64,000 bases of DNA from a virus (IMGVR_UViG_3300037312_000268:1-64000); one strand, 5' to 3'. Numbered from the stretch's first letter, positions 19,802-28,716 are shown. Made by a program: numbers and translations. The notes: generated by a model from the sequence alone, not told the origin.

Positions 19802-20614
19802 ATGGCAAATCTACGAGTTATCTATGACAATGCGGCAGATAGGGCAACCCTCTCGACATCTGCTACGGCAGCAAATCTGGATGCCACAAAACTTGTCACA
19901 GATATTAAATCCGATGTATGTCGGTCTACAACAACATCTCTCACCATTACAGCAACTTGGGCATCTCCAGAAACGATTAGTGCAACTATTTGTGCATTCA
20001 CTAACTGCACAGACAACGGGACGATCCAAGTTGATGCCTACACGCTAACTACCGATTCAACTCCTGTATATTCTACAACAGTTGTAGCTTCCTGTGGTGG
20101 ATTGGTGGCTAATCGTGGTGTCAACAACTTTGCTTATGGTGGTGGTATTTATGCCCGCTGCTGGTTTGATGCTCCAGTGTCGATTACGAAGCTTGTAATC
20201 ACGCTTACAGATACTAACAACTCACAAGGATATGTGGAAGTTGGTAGGTTGATTGTTGGCAATCACTGGGCTCCTGTAGTTGGCGTGGAGCAGGCTAATA
20301 CAGCACTGGCTGTTAATGACACTAGCGAGCAAACACGCACGTACAGTGGTGACATGCACGTTACAGTGAAGCCTAGGTTCCGTAAACAGACTCTTTCTAT
20401 GCCTTCTTTGGACAAGAATGACAGGGTGTTTTTGTGGCAAGTGTTATGGAACAACAGCATGGTGACACCTGTGTTCATTAGTCTTTTTCCTAATAATACA
20501 GATCAGAATTTGGAACAAGCACATATGTTGTATGGAAGGTTGTCTGCATCTGTGGCCATGGGAACGCCATATTTCAATTTTATGTCGGCTAAGCTTGATA
20601 TTGAGGAAATTTAG
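19802..20614 (+). CDS. Minor tail protein (distal-tail-like, beta-sandwich)
   Basis: 270 aa; GYVEVGRLIVG...W.P motif typical of phage minor tail proteins; context. Confidence 0.55.
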   Translation: MANLRVIYDNAADRATLSTSATAANLDATKLVTDIKSDVCRSTTTSLTITATWASPETISATICAFTNCTDNGTIQVDAYTLTTDSTPVYSTTVVASCGGLVANRGVNNFAYGGGIYARCWFDAPVSITKLVITLTDTNNSQGYVEVGRLIVGNHWAPVVGVEQANTALAVNDTSEQTRTYSGDMHVTVKPRFRKQTLSMPSLDKNDRVFLWQVLWNNSMVTPVFISLFPNNTDQNLEQAHMLYGRLSASVAMGTPYFNFMSAKLDIEEI

Positions 20615-20615
20615 A

Positions 20616-21122
20616 ATGAAGTACTCTGAGTTTAAGGATGTATGCAAGAGTGGTGACATTGTGGCAGTAAGCCACAAAGAGTGGAATACGGTTGCTGATA
20701 TCGAATCGCAAATTGTACGTATGGTTACAGAGTCGGAGTACAGCCACGTGTGCGTCATCTGGAAGGATGCTAACGGTGAGCCGCATGTGATTGAAGCAGT
20801 GGTGCCTCAAGTATCTGTTAATCCTCTTACTAAGTATCTCGATCATGGATTTTACCATATTCCAACTGACAAACCAATGAGCAAGGAAGAAGAAGCTTAC
20901 GGCTTCTCTAAAGTGGGACAACCGTATTCTAAGCTGGAAGCTGTTGCTGGGTATCTCCATCTGCTAAACATCGGCCAAGATATGCACTGGCAATGTAGCG
21001 AGCTTACCATTTCTATGCGTAAGATGTCTGGGATAAATCTTGGGCCTATCGCTACGCCTGCCGCTGTAGTACAAAAAGCTCTTTCTAAGGGCTACACATT
21101 AACCTATGTAGAAAGAGATTGA
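20616..21122 (+). CDS. Permuted papain-like amidase (YiiX/YaeF-type NlpC/P60)
   Basis: Start moved to ATG 20616 (GAGG RBS; MKYSEF). GDIV...YSHV..., VIEAV, G.PY, and late catalytic CSEL: His before Cys, the permuted order. Confidence 0.8.
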   Translation: MKYSEFKDVCKSGDIVAVSHKEWNTVADIESQIVRMVTESEYSHVCVIWKDANGEPHVIEAVVPQVSVNPLTKYLDHGFYHIPTDKPMSKEEEAYGFSKVGQPYSKLEAVAGYLHLLNIGQDMHWQCSELTISMRKMSGINLGPIATPAAVVQKALSKGYTLTYVERD

Positions 21123-21410
21123 ATGGAAACATTAGACATTTTGAAGTACTCATTGGGATTGATTCAACTACTTATGTCAGCATGGTGTTACCACATGTAT
21201 AACGAAATTGGAAAAGCTAAGGATGCAACATCTAGAGTGGAAAAGGAACTGGCGGACCACAAGTTGCACACGAGTGAGACTTACATGACCAAAACTGAAG
21301 TGTCGCGGGCGTTTGACGCCATCTCTCGTTCTATCGAGTCTCTTGGCCAATCCATGGGCCAACGTTTCGATAAGATGGAAGAAAAGCTAGATAGAAAGGC
21401 AGATAAATGA
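21123..21410 (+). CDS. Holin-like membrane protein (one N-terminal TM plus coiled coil)
   Basis: Hydrophobic ILKYSLGLIQLLMSAWCY then coiled coil ending RFDKMEEKLDRKADK; directly before endolysin. Confidence 0.5.
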   Translation: METLDILKYSLGLIQLLMSAWCYHMYNEIGKAKDATSRVEKELADHKLHTSETYMTKTEVSRAFDAISRSIESLGQSMGQRFDKMEEKLDRKADK

Positions 21411-21820
21411 TTAACAGTAGAAATATAGAAGATTTGACTCCTGCCATGCAAGAGAAATGCAAAGAGTTTATTACTAAGTGCAAGGAGGCGGGTATTGACG
21501 TAATTATCACGTCGACCTATCGAGATATCGAGTCACAGAATGCCCTGTACGCGCAAGGACGCACTACACCGGGTAGCAAAGTGACTAATGCTAAAGGCGG
21601 TGAGTCGTTCCACAACTACCATATTGCGTTTGACTTCTGCCCTGTAGTGAATGGTAAGGCTCAATGGAATGACATTAAAACGTTCATTAAGTGTGGTGAA
21701 ATGGGAAAGTCTCTTGGACTGGAGTATGCGGGGGACTGGGTGTCGTTCAAGGAGTACGCCCACTTGCAAGAAGCAGGCCATACCATCGCAGAACTGAAGA
21801 GGAAGAACAATGTTAGCTAA
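21407..21820 (+). CDS. Endolysin, peptidase M15 family (L-Ala-D-Glu peptidase, CwlK-like)
   Basis: T.R....QNALYAQGRT.PG..VTNAKGGES.HNY..AFD, GL...GDW.SF.E..HL motifs. Confidence 0.9.
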   Translation: MINSRNIEDLTPAMQEKCKEFITKCKEAGIDVIITSTYRDIESQNALYAQGRTTPGSKVTNAKGGESFHNYHIAFDFCPVVNGKAQWNDIKTFIKCGEMGKSLGLEYAGDWVSFKEYAHLQEAGHTIAELKRKNNVS

Positions 21821-22268
21821 ACTGAAAGCCTTTTGGGCTGTGTTTGAGGCGGGCAAATCCGTAGCTGATCCGAAAACTTGGAAGATGCACCAAGTGTCGG
21901 CCAACGCCATTGCGGCATTGCTGTTCGCTATTGTACAACTGGGGAAAGCTTGTGGTTACGATTTTGGTATTGATATGCAGACTTGTGCTGATATTGCAAT
22001 TGGTATTCTGGCCATTGTCAACGTTGGCCTCACTGTCGCAACAAGTAAACACGTCGGACTGCCTTCGACTCCCGTACGAGAAGCCGAATCGCCTGTGCCA
22101 AGCACTGAACAACCTGCCGAAGAAGAACCCGCCCAAGTGCAAGATGTCAACACATCTAATGTGGGACGAGGAAATGTTAATACGTCAATTGATGATGACG
22201 TACGTAAGCGAGCCGCTGAATGGGTCAGACAACATTCGGCAACAAACGGCCTTACAAATGATGCGTGA
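21810..22268 (+). CDS. Holin-like two-TM membrane protein
   Basis: Two hydrophobic helices (ANAIAALLFAIVQLG; IAIGILAIVNVGLTVAT) and a Pro/Glu-rich tail; overlaps endolysin stop. Confidence 0.5.
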   Translation: MLAKLKAFWAVFEAGKSVADPKTWKMHQVSANAIAALLFAIVQLGKACGYDFGIDMQTCADIAIGILAIVNVGLTVATSKHVGLPSTPVREAESPVPSTEQPAEEEPAQVQDVNTSNVGRGNVNTSIDDDVRKRAAEWVRQHSATNGLTNDA

Positions 22269-22282
22269 CAACATAAAAGGCA

Positions 22283-22312
22283 TTGACATCTCTTTGAAAT
22301 GTCGACTATAAT
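22283..22312 (+). promoter_or_regulatory. sigma70-type promoter of putative sRNA
   Basis: TTGACA-18 nt-TATAAT with no ORF downstream before the terminator. Confidence 0.75.
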
Positions 22313-22316
22313 TACC

Positions 22317-22431
22317 AGCGTGAACCCCTTGATCCGGTAATTCACGCTTTCCTTGGCACTTGGTAGAGTGCCGTCTCTAACGAGACACCCTTCGCCCCTT
22401 CGCCTAACGGTGTTGGGGCATTTTTATTTTT
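22317..22431 (+). ncRNA. Putative ~115-nt small RNA with four hairpins
   Basis: Starts at the expected +1; stems AGCGTGAA/TTCACGCT, GGCACT/AGTGCC, GTCTC-TAAC-GAGAC, and terminator stem with a second C-TAAC-G loop; ends in T tract. Confidence 0.7.
22394..22431 (+). terminator. Rho-independent terminator (end of + strand block)
   Basis: GCCCC-TTCGCC-TAAC-GGTGTT-GGGGC followed by ATTTTTATTTTT. Confidence 0.75.
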
Positions 22432-22702
22432 ATGCTACTGCTGCTTGCACAGCTTTGGGGAACGCCTTGATACTGTTATAAAACGTAACAACAGCAGCAA
22501 TCATCTCAGTGATTTGGCTAACAAGGTTGTCAAACGGCACAGGCGGGTTGGAGGAGTTGTACAAAGGTTTAATGATTGCAATAGCAAGAGCAAGTTTATC
22601 CTTACCGTTGCCCGCACCCATCACAGCTTCGACATTTTTAACAGTATCGGTGACGATAGGCAGAAGGGTGAGGATGACATTTGCAGTAGAAATGATGTTC
22701 AT
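22430..22702 (-). CDS. 90-aa amphipathic protein resembling LL-H-type holins
   Basis: AAGGAAAG RBS; hydrophobic N-terminus; V..VEA..GAG.GKDKL motif and C-terminal I..MIAAVV.FYN resemble the LLH holin family (recognition by eye). Confidence 0.6.
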   Translation of the reverse strand: MNIISTANVILTLLPIVTDTVKNVEAVMGAGNGKDKLALAIAIIKPLYNSSNPPVPFDNLVSQITEMIAAVVTFYNSIKAFPKAVQAAVA

Positions 22703-22813
22703 GTTTAAGCTTTCCTTAGCTAGTAATTAGTTTGGTAGAAATGTACTTCGTTGTTTACTACTTGTTATACCGATTCGGTGAGATTGGTCTTGTTCCGGAT
22801 CAGCATGTTTGTA

Positions 22814-22843
22814 AGCATATACCTACAGCTTTATTTGCGTCAA
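22814..22843 (-). promoter_or_regulatory. sigma70-type promoter for the 90-aa gene (about 105-nt 5' UTR)
   Basis: On - strand TTGACG-18 nt-TATGCT. Confidence 0.55.
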
Positions 22844-22942
22844 GAAATATTCGTGAGAAATCACGTCTCATAAAAACGACATATACATGATCTTTGTTAC
22901 ATTATTGCACTGACAACGTTGATTGTCTCACGTCAACAACAG

Positions 22943-23206
22943 TTATTCGTCCACAGCTTTGCTCAGTGCCTCCAGCGTTTCAGCTTCGGCAACAATGTCT
23001 TTGGTGGTGGCTTTATAACGAGCCTTGAAGAACTTGCGAACAATCTTCTTGTCCAACTTGGTTGCATCAGCAGCTTCTTGAACAAGGGACTTGAAATCTT
23101 CCTTGTTAGCTTCTTCTTCAGCTTGCACATTAATGGCACGGCGCAGGAAGCCAGTCAGATCGTCGGTATTGAAGGTTGCTTGGTCGATGGTCACAGTTTT
23201 GGTCAT
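22943..23206 (-). CDS. T4 DsbA-like / GapR-like double-stranded DNA-binding protein
   Basis: DDLTGFLRRA...KEDFKSL...A....LDKK..RKFF.ARYK......AEAE.L aligns by eye with T4 DsbA (EDLAKFIKEA...GVDGKMFNRLL...FEAETE); 87 aa. Confidence 0.65.
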   Translation of the reverse strand: MTKTVTIDQATFNTDDLTGFLRRAINVQAEEEANKEDFKSLVQEAADATKLDKKIVRKFFKARYKATTKDIVAEAETLEALSKAVDE

Positions 23207-23218
23207 TGTTGTTTCTCC

Positions 23219-23380
23219 TTAATATTGTTGTGCTGCGATTTCAAAGATGTGTTCTGCTGCGCTGAGGGCATCTTCGGAAGGGTCGTCAGAGTACTCTTTG
23301 AATACATCAGGTGTTTCTTTGTTCTCTGTATAGTAAACAGTTAGGGCTTTAATAAGTTGTTCTTTAGTGAGGCTGTTCAT
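23219..23380 (-). CDS. Hypothetical protein
   Basis: Start moved to ATG 23380 (MNSLTKEQL), AAGGA RBS. Confidence 0.55.
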   Translation of the reverse strand: MNSLTKEQLIKALTVYYTENKETPDVFKEYSDDPSEDALSAAEHIFEIAAQQY

Positions 23381-23381
23381 A

Positions 23382-23600
23382 TTAGTTTCCTTTCCGTTGT
23401 GCCTTGCGGGCAGCACGTTGTGCTTTCAATTCACGCTTATCCCAGTTGATAAAAGTACCGAAATGGAAGCTGTCGTGGAACAGCACACCTTTCAGGAATT
23501 GCTTCGTAGCTTTGTTAGTTGCGGTACGACGTTGGCGATAAGCTTCATACGACTCGCCATCTCCACGAGCAAGAGTGCTGTGAGTAGTTTGTTCAGTCAT
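23382..23600 (-). CDS. Hypothetical basic protein
   Basis: AAGGAG RBS, 72 aa. Confidence 0.6.
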   Translation of the reverse strand: MTEQTTHSTLARGDGESYEAYRQRRTATNKATKQFLKGVLFHDSFHFGTFINWDKRELKAQRAARKAQRKGN

Positions 23601-23629
23601 TCAAATTCTCCTTAGTTGTATTATTATTA

Positions 23630-23812
23630 TTATGCAAAAACCTGCACACGATGCTTCCCATCTTCGCCAGTGTACGAAGCCCACAGCTTACCCTTACCGA
23701 CATACGCACAAGCGTGGAACTCTGCGTTGATGTAACGAGCAACCTTCTCTTTCGATGCACCAGTGCGCAGGATGTTGTTAACACGGTCAGCGATTTGTTT
23801 TACGATGGTCAT
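23630..23812 (-). CDS. Hypothetical protein
   Basis: AAGGAG RBS, 60 aa, downstream of promoter 23860-23888. Confidence 0.6.
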   Translation of the reverse strand: MTIVKQIADRVNNILRTGASKEKVARYINAEFHACAYVGKGKLWASYTGEDGKHRVQVFA

Positions 23813-23859
23813 TCAATTTCTCCTTAAATTTGTTTGTGTCGTTTGCTGCGACAGGAAGA

Positions 23860-23888
23860 ATCTTACGCTTGTTGCTGCTTCCTGTCAA
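23860..23888 (-). promoter_or_regulatory. sigma70-type promoter
   Basis: TTGACA-17 nt-TAAGAT, bracketed by inverted repeat GACAGGAAG/CTTCCTGTC. Confidence 0.75.
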
Positions 23889-23901
23889 CAGGTTTCTTAA
23901 A

Positions 23902-24144
23902 TTATTTCAGTGCTTCCCACTGTTCGTCGGTAAGCTTGGTAAGACCTTTGTACCCATCTTTCACAACTAGCTCATCACCGTAGTAAATTTGAGGTAAAGA
24001 ACGGTGGCCTTTCTCTAGAAGGAAATCCCTTGCGCCCGGAGTGTTCTCAATTTTAACTACGGAGAATGGCACACCTTTTTGCTCCAACAGCGCAATAGCC
24101 TTGCTGCATTCAGGACAGTTATTTTTAGAGTACACATTAATCAT
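23902..24144 (-). CDS. Glutaredoxin (RNR electron donor)
   Basis: VYSKNNCPECSKA CxxC, RSLPQIY, GY..L motifs; ATGA overlap with nrdB stop. Confidence 0.9.
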   Translation of the reverse strand: MINVYSKNNCPECSKAIALLEQKGVPFSVVKIENTPGARDFLLEKGHRSLPQIYYGDELVVKDGYKGLTKLTDEQWEALK

Positions 24145-25232
24145 CGATAGCTCCATTCAATGATCTTGTCTCCAAGATCGTCAACAATAATATTCAGGCG
24201 ATAGTTGGCTTGGTCGCCCTCTTGGTTGGCATTCTGGGTCTTGTTCAAGTCAAGCCAGTTCTCCATGTACTTCAGCGGATTCTTCTCGATCTTACGAGGC
24301 GGCTCAAAGCCAACTACCTCATACACTTCTTGTGCGTTGTAGTCAATCCAATCAACGCCAAGTTGATGCGAGAAGCCCGTCACCTTGCGTCCATTGCTGT
24401 GCAGATGGTCGTTCCAGCGATACTCTGAATACCTCACCTCTTCAAGAATGGTGCGAACAGACATCTCATTCTTTGCAAACCATTCCTTGCCTCGTGGTGT
24501 TGCCAGTTCCGTCTTGATAGCGTACTTACCAACCTCAGCGTGGATGTAACGCTCGTCCTGCATAATCTTCTGCACCAGCTTGCCAATACCTTGGAAGTAT
24601 CCAGATTCCACAACACCGAACGTGGCAGCGAATGACACCATGAACTGAAGTCGCTCAAGGCAGTACAATGCAACAACAGCGCGCATCACAGCATCGTAGG
24701 CATTGTGTTCTTCAATCATCCCGAGTTTAAATAGCGCACCTGCACTGCTCAAATCACTGAAGGCGTTCGCCACAGTCTCCATGCGGCCTGTAATCGCATC
24801 GTTCTTCATGATACGCTCAAAGATGTCCTTCGGATTCTCCATGCAGACGCGGACAATCTCGGAATACGTAAGAGCGTGCAATACTTCAATCTCGCTAATC
24901 TTCAGCAGCGCTGCCCAGTATTCGCTGTTGGTGACGAACGGTGCGAACAGCGGCGCAATGCTTCGTGCGGCTATCGAATCAGCTTCCCACTGGAGCGCAA
25001 GATTCTCCACCATGATTTCGCGGCTCTCAGCAGGGCAAGTAATCATATCGATACGGGATTGCTCCAGATCGATTTCATCCTCGCTCCAGTCAGCTTGCTT
25101 CTGCTCCTTGTACTTCTTAAACAGGGTGGGGTGCGTTACGTTGATACTGTCATGCAGCCCAGGTGCTTGCCCGAGAAACAGACTATACTTGCCAGTTTTC
25201 CACTCATCATTCTGTTGATTAAACACGCTCAT
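24141..25232 (-). CDS. nrdB: Ribonucleotide reductase class Ia beta subunit
   Basis: W...E..L..., EVLHALTY, ERLQF..SFA, DERYIH diiron motifs; C-terminal QE.D..NY; start at MSVFNQQ overlaps nrdA stop. Confidence 0.93.
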   Translation of the reverse strand: MSVFNQQNDEWKTGKYSLFLGQAPGLHDSINVTHPTLFKKYKEQKQADWSEDEIDLEQSRIDMITCPAESREIMVENLALQWEADSIAARSIAPLFAPFVTNSEYWAALLKISEIEVLHALTYSEIVRVCMENPKDIFERIMKNDAITGRMETVANAFSDLSSAGALFKLGMIEEHNAYDAVMRAVVALYCLERLQFMVSFAATFGVVESGYFQGIGKLVQKIMQDERYIHAEVGKYAIKTELATPRGKEWFAKNEMSVRTILEEVRYSEYRWNDHLHSNGRKVTGFSHQLGVDWIDYNAQEVYEVVGFEPPRKIEKNPLKYMENWLDLNKTQNANQEGDQANYRLNIIVDDLGDKIIEWSYR

Positions 25233-27466
25233 AGCTTGCAAGCCTCACAATCTTCTTCACTCTCTTCCAAAGTCAATCCAGCCTTCGTGTTGGAATAATA
25301 TCCACTCTTGAGTCCGCAGATAATCCGATATAACCAATCTTCAAACATCTCCGTCGCACTGATCTTAGGCGTTACTCCTGCTGGGAATGCCCGATACTTG
25401 TCTGCGCTAATCGCCTGCCCACAAAACTTTTGGAAGATGCCGTACATGTCTGTAATGTCTTTAGCCGGAACCGTCCAAGCGAGTTGATAGCGACCTTTCA
25501 ACATCTCAAGATCAGGTGCGAGGAACACATTCTTGTTGGTGCCACTAGTCTTAACAACAACAAGTTCACGCACGGGATAAATACTGTTTGTCGTGTTGCC
25601 AGCAATGCTGCTCGACTCAACAGGCATATAAGCCTCAAGAACGCTGTTGCGCATGCCGTGCTCAGCAATCTCCTTGCGAAGCCCTTCCCAATCACACAGC
25701 AAAGGCTGATCCGTCACATTATCGATGTGTTTGCAGTAGGTGTCAATAGGCAACCAACCATCTGCGTACTTCGTCTTGTGGAACCAATCACATTTGCCAC
25801 GTTCCTTAGCAAGCCGTACAGAAGCCTTATGCAGCCAGTACGAATGCATCTCAGCCAGTCGGTGCATGTAAGCCTTTCCTTCTGCTGTGTCGTATCGCAA
25901 CCCTTTAACCGCCATATCATGTGCAAGATTCGTAATACCGATACCAGCGGAACGACGAGCCTGTGCAGTGTACTTCAAATGAGGGAACGGGTAGTCCATG
26001 ATACTGATGACATTATCTACCATCTTCAATGCACGATACGCCACTTCCTCATACGTCTCAGGCGTTACACGTCCAGCAACGATTGCAGCAAGATTACATA
26101 GGCCAATCTCACCTTGCACATCGTCGTCCATCCGGTATAGTTCAGTGACATCTTTGTACCCTTGCGTGGGCAAGCCAATTTCCTGGCACAAGTTACTGCT
26201 ATAAATCGGGTCTTTGAACGGTGTGTGGCGATTCATCTCATACGTGTTGTGCTCGTACATCCGTCCAGTTTCTTCTTGCATACGAAGAAATTCCAGTGCC
26301 AGCTTCCGGGCAGAAACAAGCTTCTTACGCTTGCTACTTTTTTCGTGCTCCTCGTACAACCTCTCAAAGCTTCCATCAGCACGATACATTGCTTCCCACA
26401 AACTTGGATTTATTTTGTAGCTGATGTTCATCCAGTTCTCATTCTTCGCCGCTTTCTCAGCCAGCAGCGGGTGGAAACCAAAACTATAGTCCAGACGACG
26501 TTCTGCTTTCGATGCAACAGTTGTCGGGTGACGAAGACGTAGTAGCGTTTCAATCTCAGGGTCAAGAGCATTGATGTGCATCGTCTCGGCCCCACCACGG
26601 CCACCTTGCAGGTTAGCATTCACTGCGCTAGCCTGAGCATTGTAGTACGGCAGCTTGCCGCCATGTCGAATAGTATTCTTACGAACGCCATCGCCTTTAC
26701 TGCGAGTCATCAGCATGCCACCAATACCTGCACTGGATGCCGTCATGATGGTTGCAATGTGATCGCCCGCAGCCAAGCTTCCAAGCTCGTCATTGCTCTT
26801 GTAAACGCAGCAAGAAGCATAAGTGCGCTTAGGAGTGCCAAGATTGTTGATGTTCGGCGTAGGGGCATTGATAGCGCCTGTAGCAAAATCCTCGTAATAC
26901 TTCCGCACTTCCTGCATGCGAGTTTCTTTAGGCTCATCCTTGCACACACCAAGCGCCATACGCATCCAAACGAACGCAGGTGACTCTAGGACAATGTTCT
27001 TCTCAATGTCCTTGATGGCATACTTTGTCGTAATCTGATTGATGACAGAGTAGACACTGTTCAGGTCACGTTCGTGGTTGATAAACCGTTGCGCCCAGAA
27101 CAACTCTAATTCGCTGTAACCCATTTCCTCCCACAAACCGTCTGCAACCATGTCGTGATACATTTTAAACACAGTCGGAACGTGTTCATGCCCACCAAAC
27201 GCTTGCTTGTACACATCACCAATCAACAGACGGCCAGCCATCAGCATATGCGGAGTATCTTCATAATCCATACAAGCTTGAATCATCGCCTGTTGCAACT
27301 CTTTCGTCGTGCAAGTCTCAGGAAGCTTCTGATACGTGTCCGCAACAATACCAAACCAATCTACACCAATGTTGCCAGCCCACTTGGCCCAGCGAGTAAG
27401 CTTCTCAGGATCAAACGGGACAACGGAGCCATCCCGCTTAGTTACCATAATATGCTTCTCAGTCAT
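25229..27466 (-). CDS. nrdA: Ribonucleotide reductase class Ia alpha subunit with ATP cone
   Basis: VTKRDG ATP cone, PTP, ASCC, SNLCQEI, LCNL, GYY and C-terminal CEACKL; no intein. Confidence 0.95.
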   Translation of the reverse strand: MTEKHIMVTKRDGSVVPFDPEKLTRWAKWAGNIGVDWFGIVADTYQKLPETCTTKELQQAMIQACMDYEDTPHMLMAGRLLIGDVYKQAFGGHEHVPTVFKMYHDMVADGLWEEMGYSELELFWAQRFINHERDLNSVYSVINQITTKYAIKDIEKNIVLESPAFVWMRMALGVCKDEPKETRMQEVRKYYEDFATGAINAPTPNINNLGTPKRTYASCCVYKSNDELGSLAAGDHIATIMTASSAGIGGMLMTRSKGDGVRKNTIRHGGKLPYYNAQASAVNANLQGGRGGAETMHINALDPEIETLLRLRHPTTVASKAERRLDYSFGFHPLLAEKAAKNENWMNISYKINPSLWEAMYRADGSFERLYEEHEKSSKRKKLVSARKLALEFLRMQEETGRMYEHNTYEMNRHTPFKDPIYSSNLCQEIGLPTQGYKDVTELYRMDDDVQGEIGLCNLAAIVAGRVTPETYEEVAYRALKMVDNVISIMDYPFPHLKYTAQARRSAGIGITNLAHDMAVKGLRYDTAEGKAYMHRLAEMHSYWLHKASVRLAKERGKCDWFHKTKYADGWLPIDTYCKHIDNVTDQPLLCDWEGLRKEIAEHGMRNSVLEAYMPVESSSIAGNTTNSIYPVRELVVVKTSGTNKNVFLAPDLEMLKGRYQLAWTVPAKDITDMYGIFQKFCGQAISADKYRAFPAGVTPKISATEMFEDWLYRIICGLKSGYYSNTKAGLTLEESEEDCEACKL

Positions 27467-28040
27467 TAACACTCCCTTCTTTATCTTTACGCTTGTGTTT
27501 CTTGCGACGCTTCTCAGCAGGTTTAGGATTTTTGTAATCTTCTAGGCTCTTGTACGAACCATCAGGATTCGTTTGATCTCCACGAATATGAAACAGAATA
27601 TCTTCTAGTTGCTGAATCTGTTTTGCAATCTTACGTTCTTCTGCTGCGTATTCATCGTCATAGCGGACAGGGACGTTTTCATCTAGAGCATGATTTGAAC
27701 CATATCCAGAGCAGCGAGAGTTCATCGCATACAGTTCTTCGTACAAGCTCTTATCTTGCGCTTGGGCAGCAAGCATAACATCCTCAAGCGTGCTATACGG
27801 CCCTTTGATGTGCTTTCGTGAAAAGTTGTGTTCGCCTGCAAACACGTAGCCAATCTTCACTTCATTCGTCAATGTGCGGTGTTGTGCTGCATAAATATGT
27901 ACCGCCTTGTTTGTATCAAATCCTAGTTCGGCAAGAACGCTGTAAACCTTATCCGCATTATCCATATGACAAATATCAAAGATATTCATACCTTGCAACG
28001 GCTCTGCTACCAACAGATCATAACCACTAATCACCTTCAT
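27459..28040 (-). CDS. Hypothetical protein
   Basis: Start moved to ATG 28040 (GGAGGT RBS); basic C-terminus. Confidence 0.6.
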   Translation of the reverse strand: MKVISGYDLLVAEPLQGMNIFDICHMDNADKVYSVLAELGFDTNKAVHIYAAQHRTLTNEVKIGYVFAGEHNFSRKHIKGPYSTLEDVMLAAQAQDKSLYEELYAMNSRCSGYGSNHALDENVPVRYDDEYAAEERKIAKQIQQLEDILFHIRGDQTNPDGSYKSLEDYKNPKPAEKRRKKHKRKDKEGSVND

Positions 28041-28716
28041 TGTCACCTCCAACGTTTTCGTAAGATTCAGGCCGGATTGCTCCCCGGTACTTCAATTCTA
28101 GTTCTTCTCGTTTTGCAATCGCATCTATAAGATTATCAAATACACCGCCATACTCGTGAATACCATTTGTTGAAATTTCAACAGAGTATTTCTCTTGAGC
28201 AGCAAGATAACTTACCCCTGTTCTGCCAGTTGTATTAGCTTTTGATTTTCGCTTGTTTTGCGCCTGTTCTTCCGCCGAAGCCCATCTACAGTTTTCTTTG
28301 TAATACCCTTGATTACAGTCTCTACGATCTAAGGATTTACCTTCGGGACGTTCTCCCATGTCTTTTAAGAAAGTTTCATAATTGTGCCATTCTTCGCAAA
28401 CCATGATTCCTCTACCGCCGTAATTTTTATAGGCTTTGACGTTAGGGTTGTTACACCTCGACATCATACCCCTCCAGATTCGGTAGGTCTTGGTGTTAGA
28501 CTTGCCGTGGGTTCTAGATGGGCAATTGATGTCGTGAAGGCATCCACACGACGACGTATGACCCCTTACCACCAAATCTTTGGAAAGTGCTTTTTCATTT
28601 CCACAGTCGCATACAAATAAATAATAGATTCTACTGCCTTTATTTTCTACACGACTGTAAACAGTAAGTTTGCCGTATTTATCTCCGGTTTTCAGGGGCT
28701 TGCTTTCTTTCCCCAT
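28027..28716 (-). CDS. HNH-type homing endonuclease with AP2-like C-terminus
   Basis: CDCG...SCGC, W..M..RC, YGGRGI.VC..W, SLDR.D...GY..ENCRWA....Q..N, TG..GVS motifs. Confidence 0.88.
   Translation of the reverse strand: MGKESKPLKTGDKYGKLTVYSRVENKGSRIYYLFVCDCGNEKALSKDLVVRGHTSSCGCLHDINCPSRTHGKSNTKTYRIWRGMMSRCNNPNVKAYKNYGGRGIMVCEEWHNYETFLKDMGERPEGKSLDRRDCNQGYYKENCRWASAEEQAQNKRKSKANTTGRTGVSYLAAQEKYSVEISTNGIHEYGGVFDNLIDAIAKREELELKYRGAIRPESYENVGGDNEGD

Noticed and set aside
21910-22311. Overlapping ORF as an embedded Rz1-like o-spanin
   Set aside because: No lipobox, no RBS, and its 3' end coincides with the sRNA promoter.
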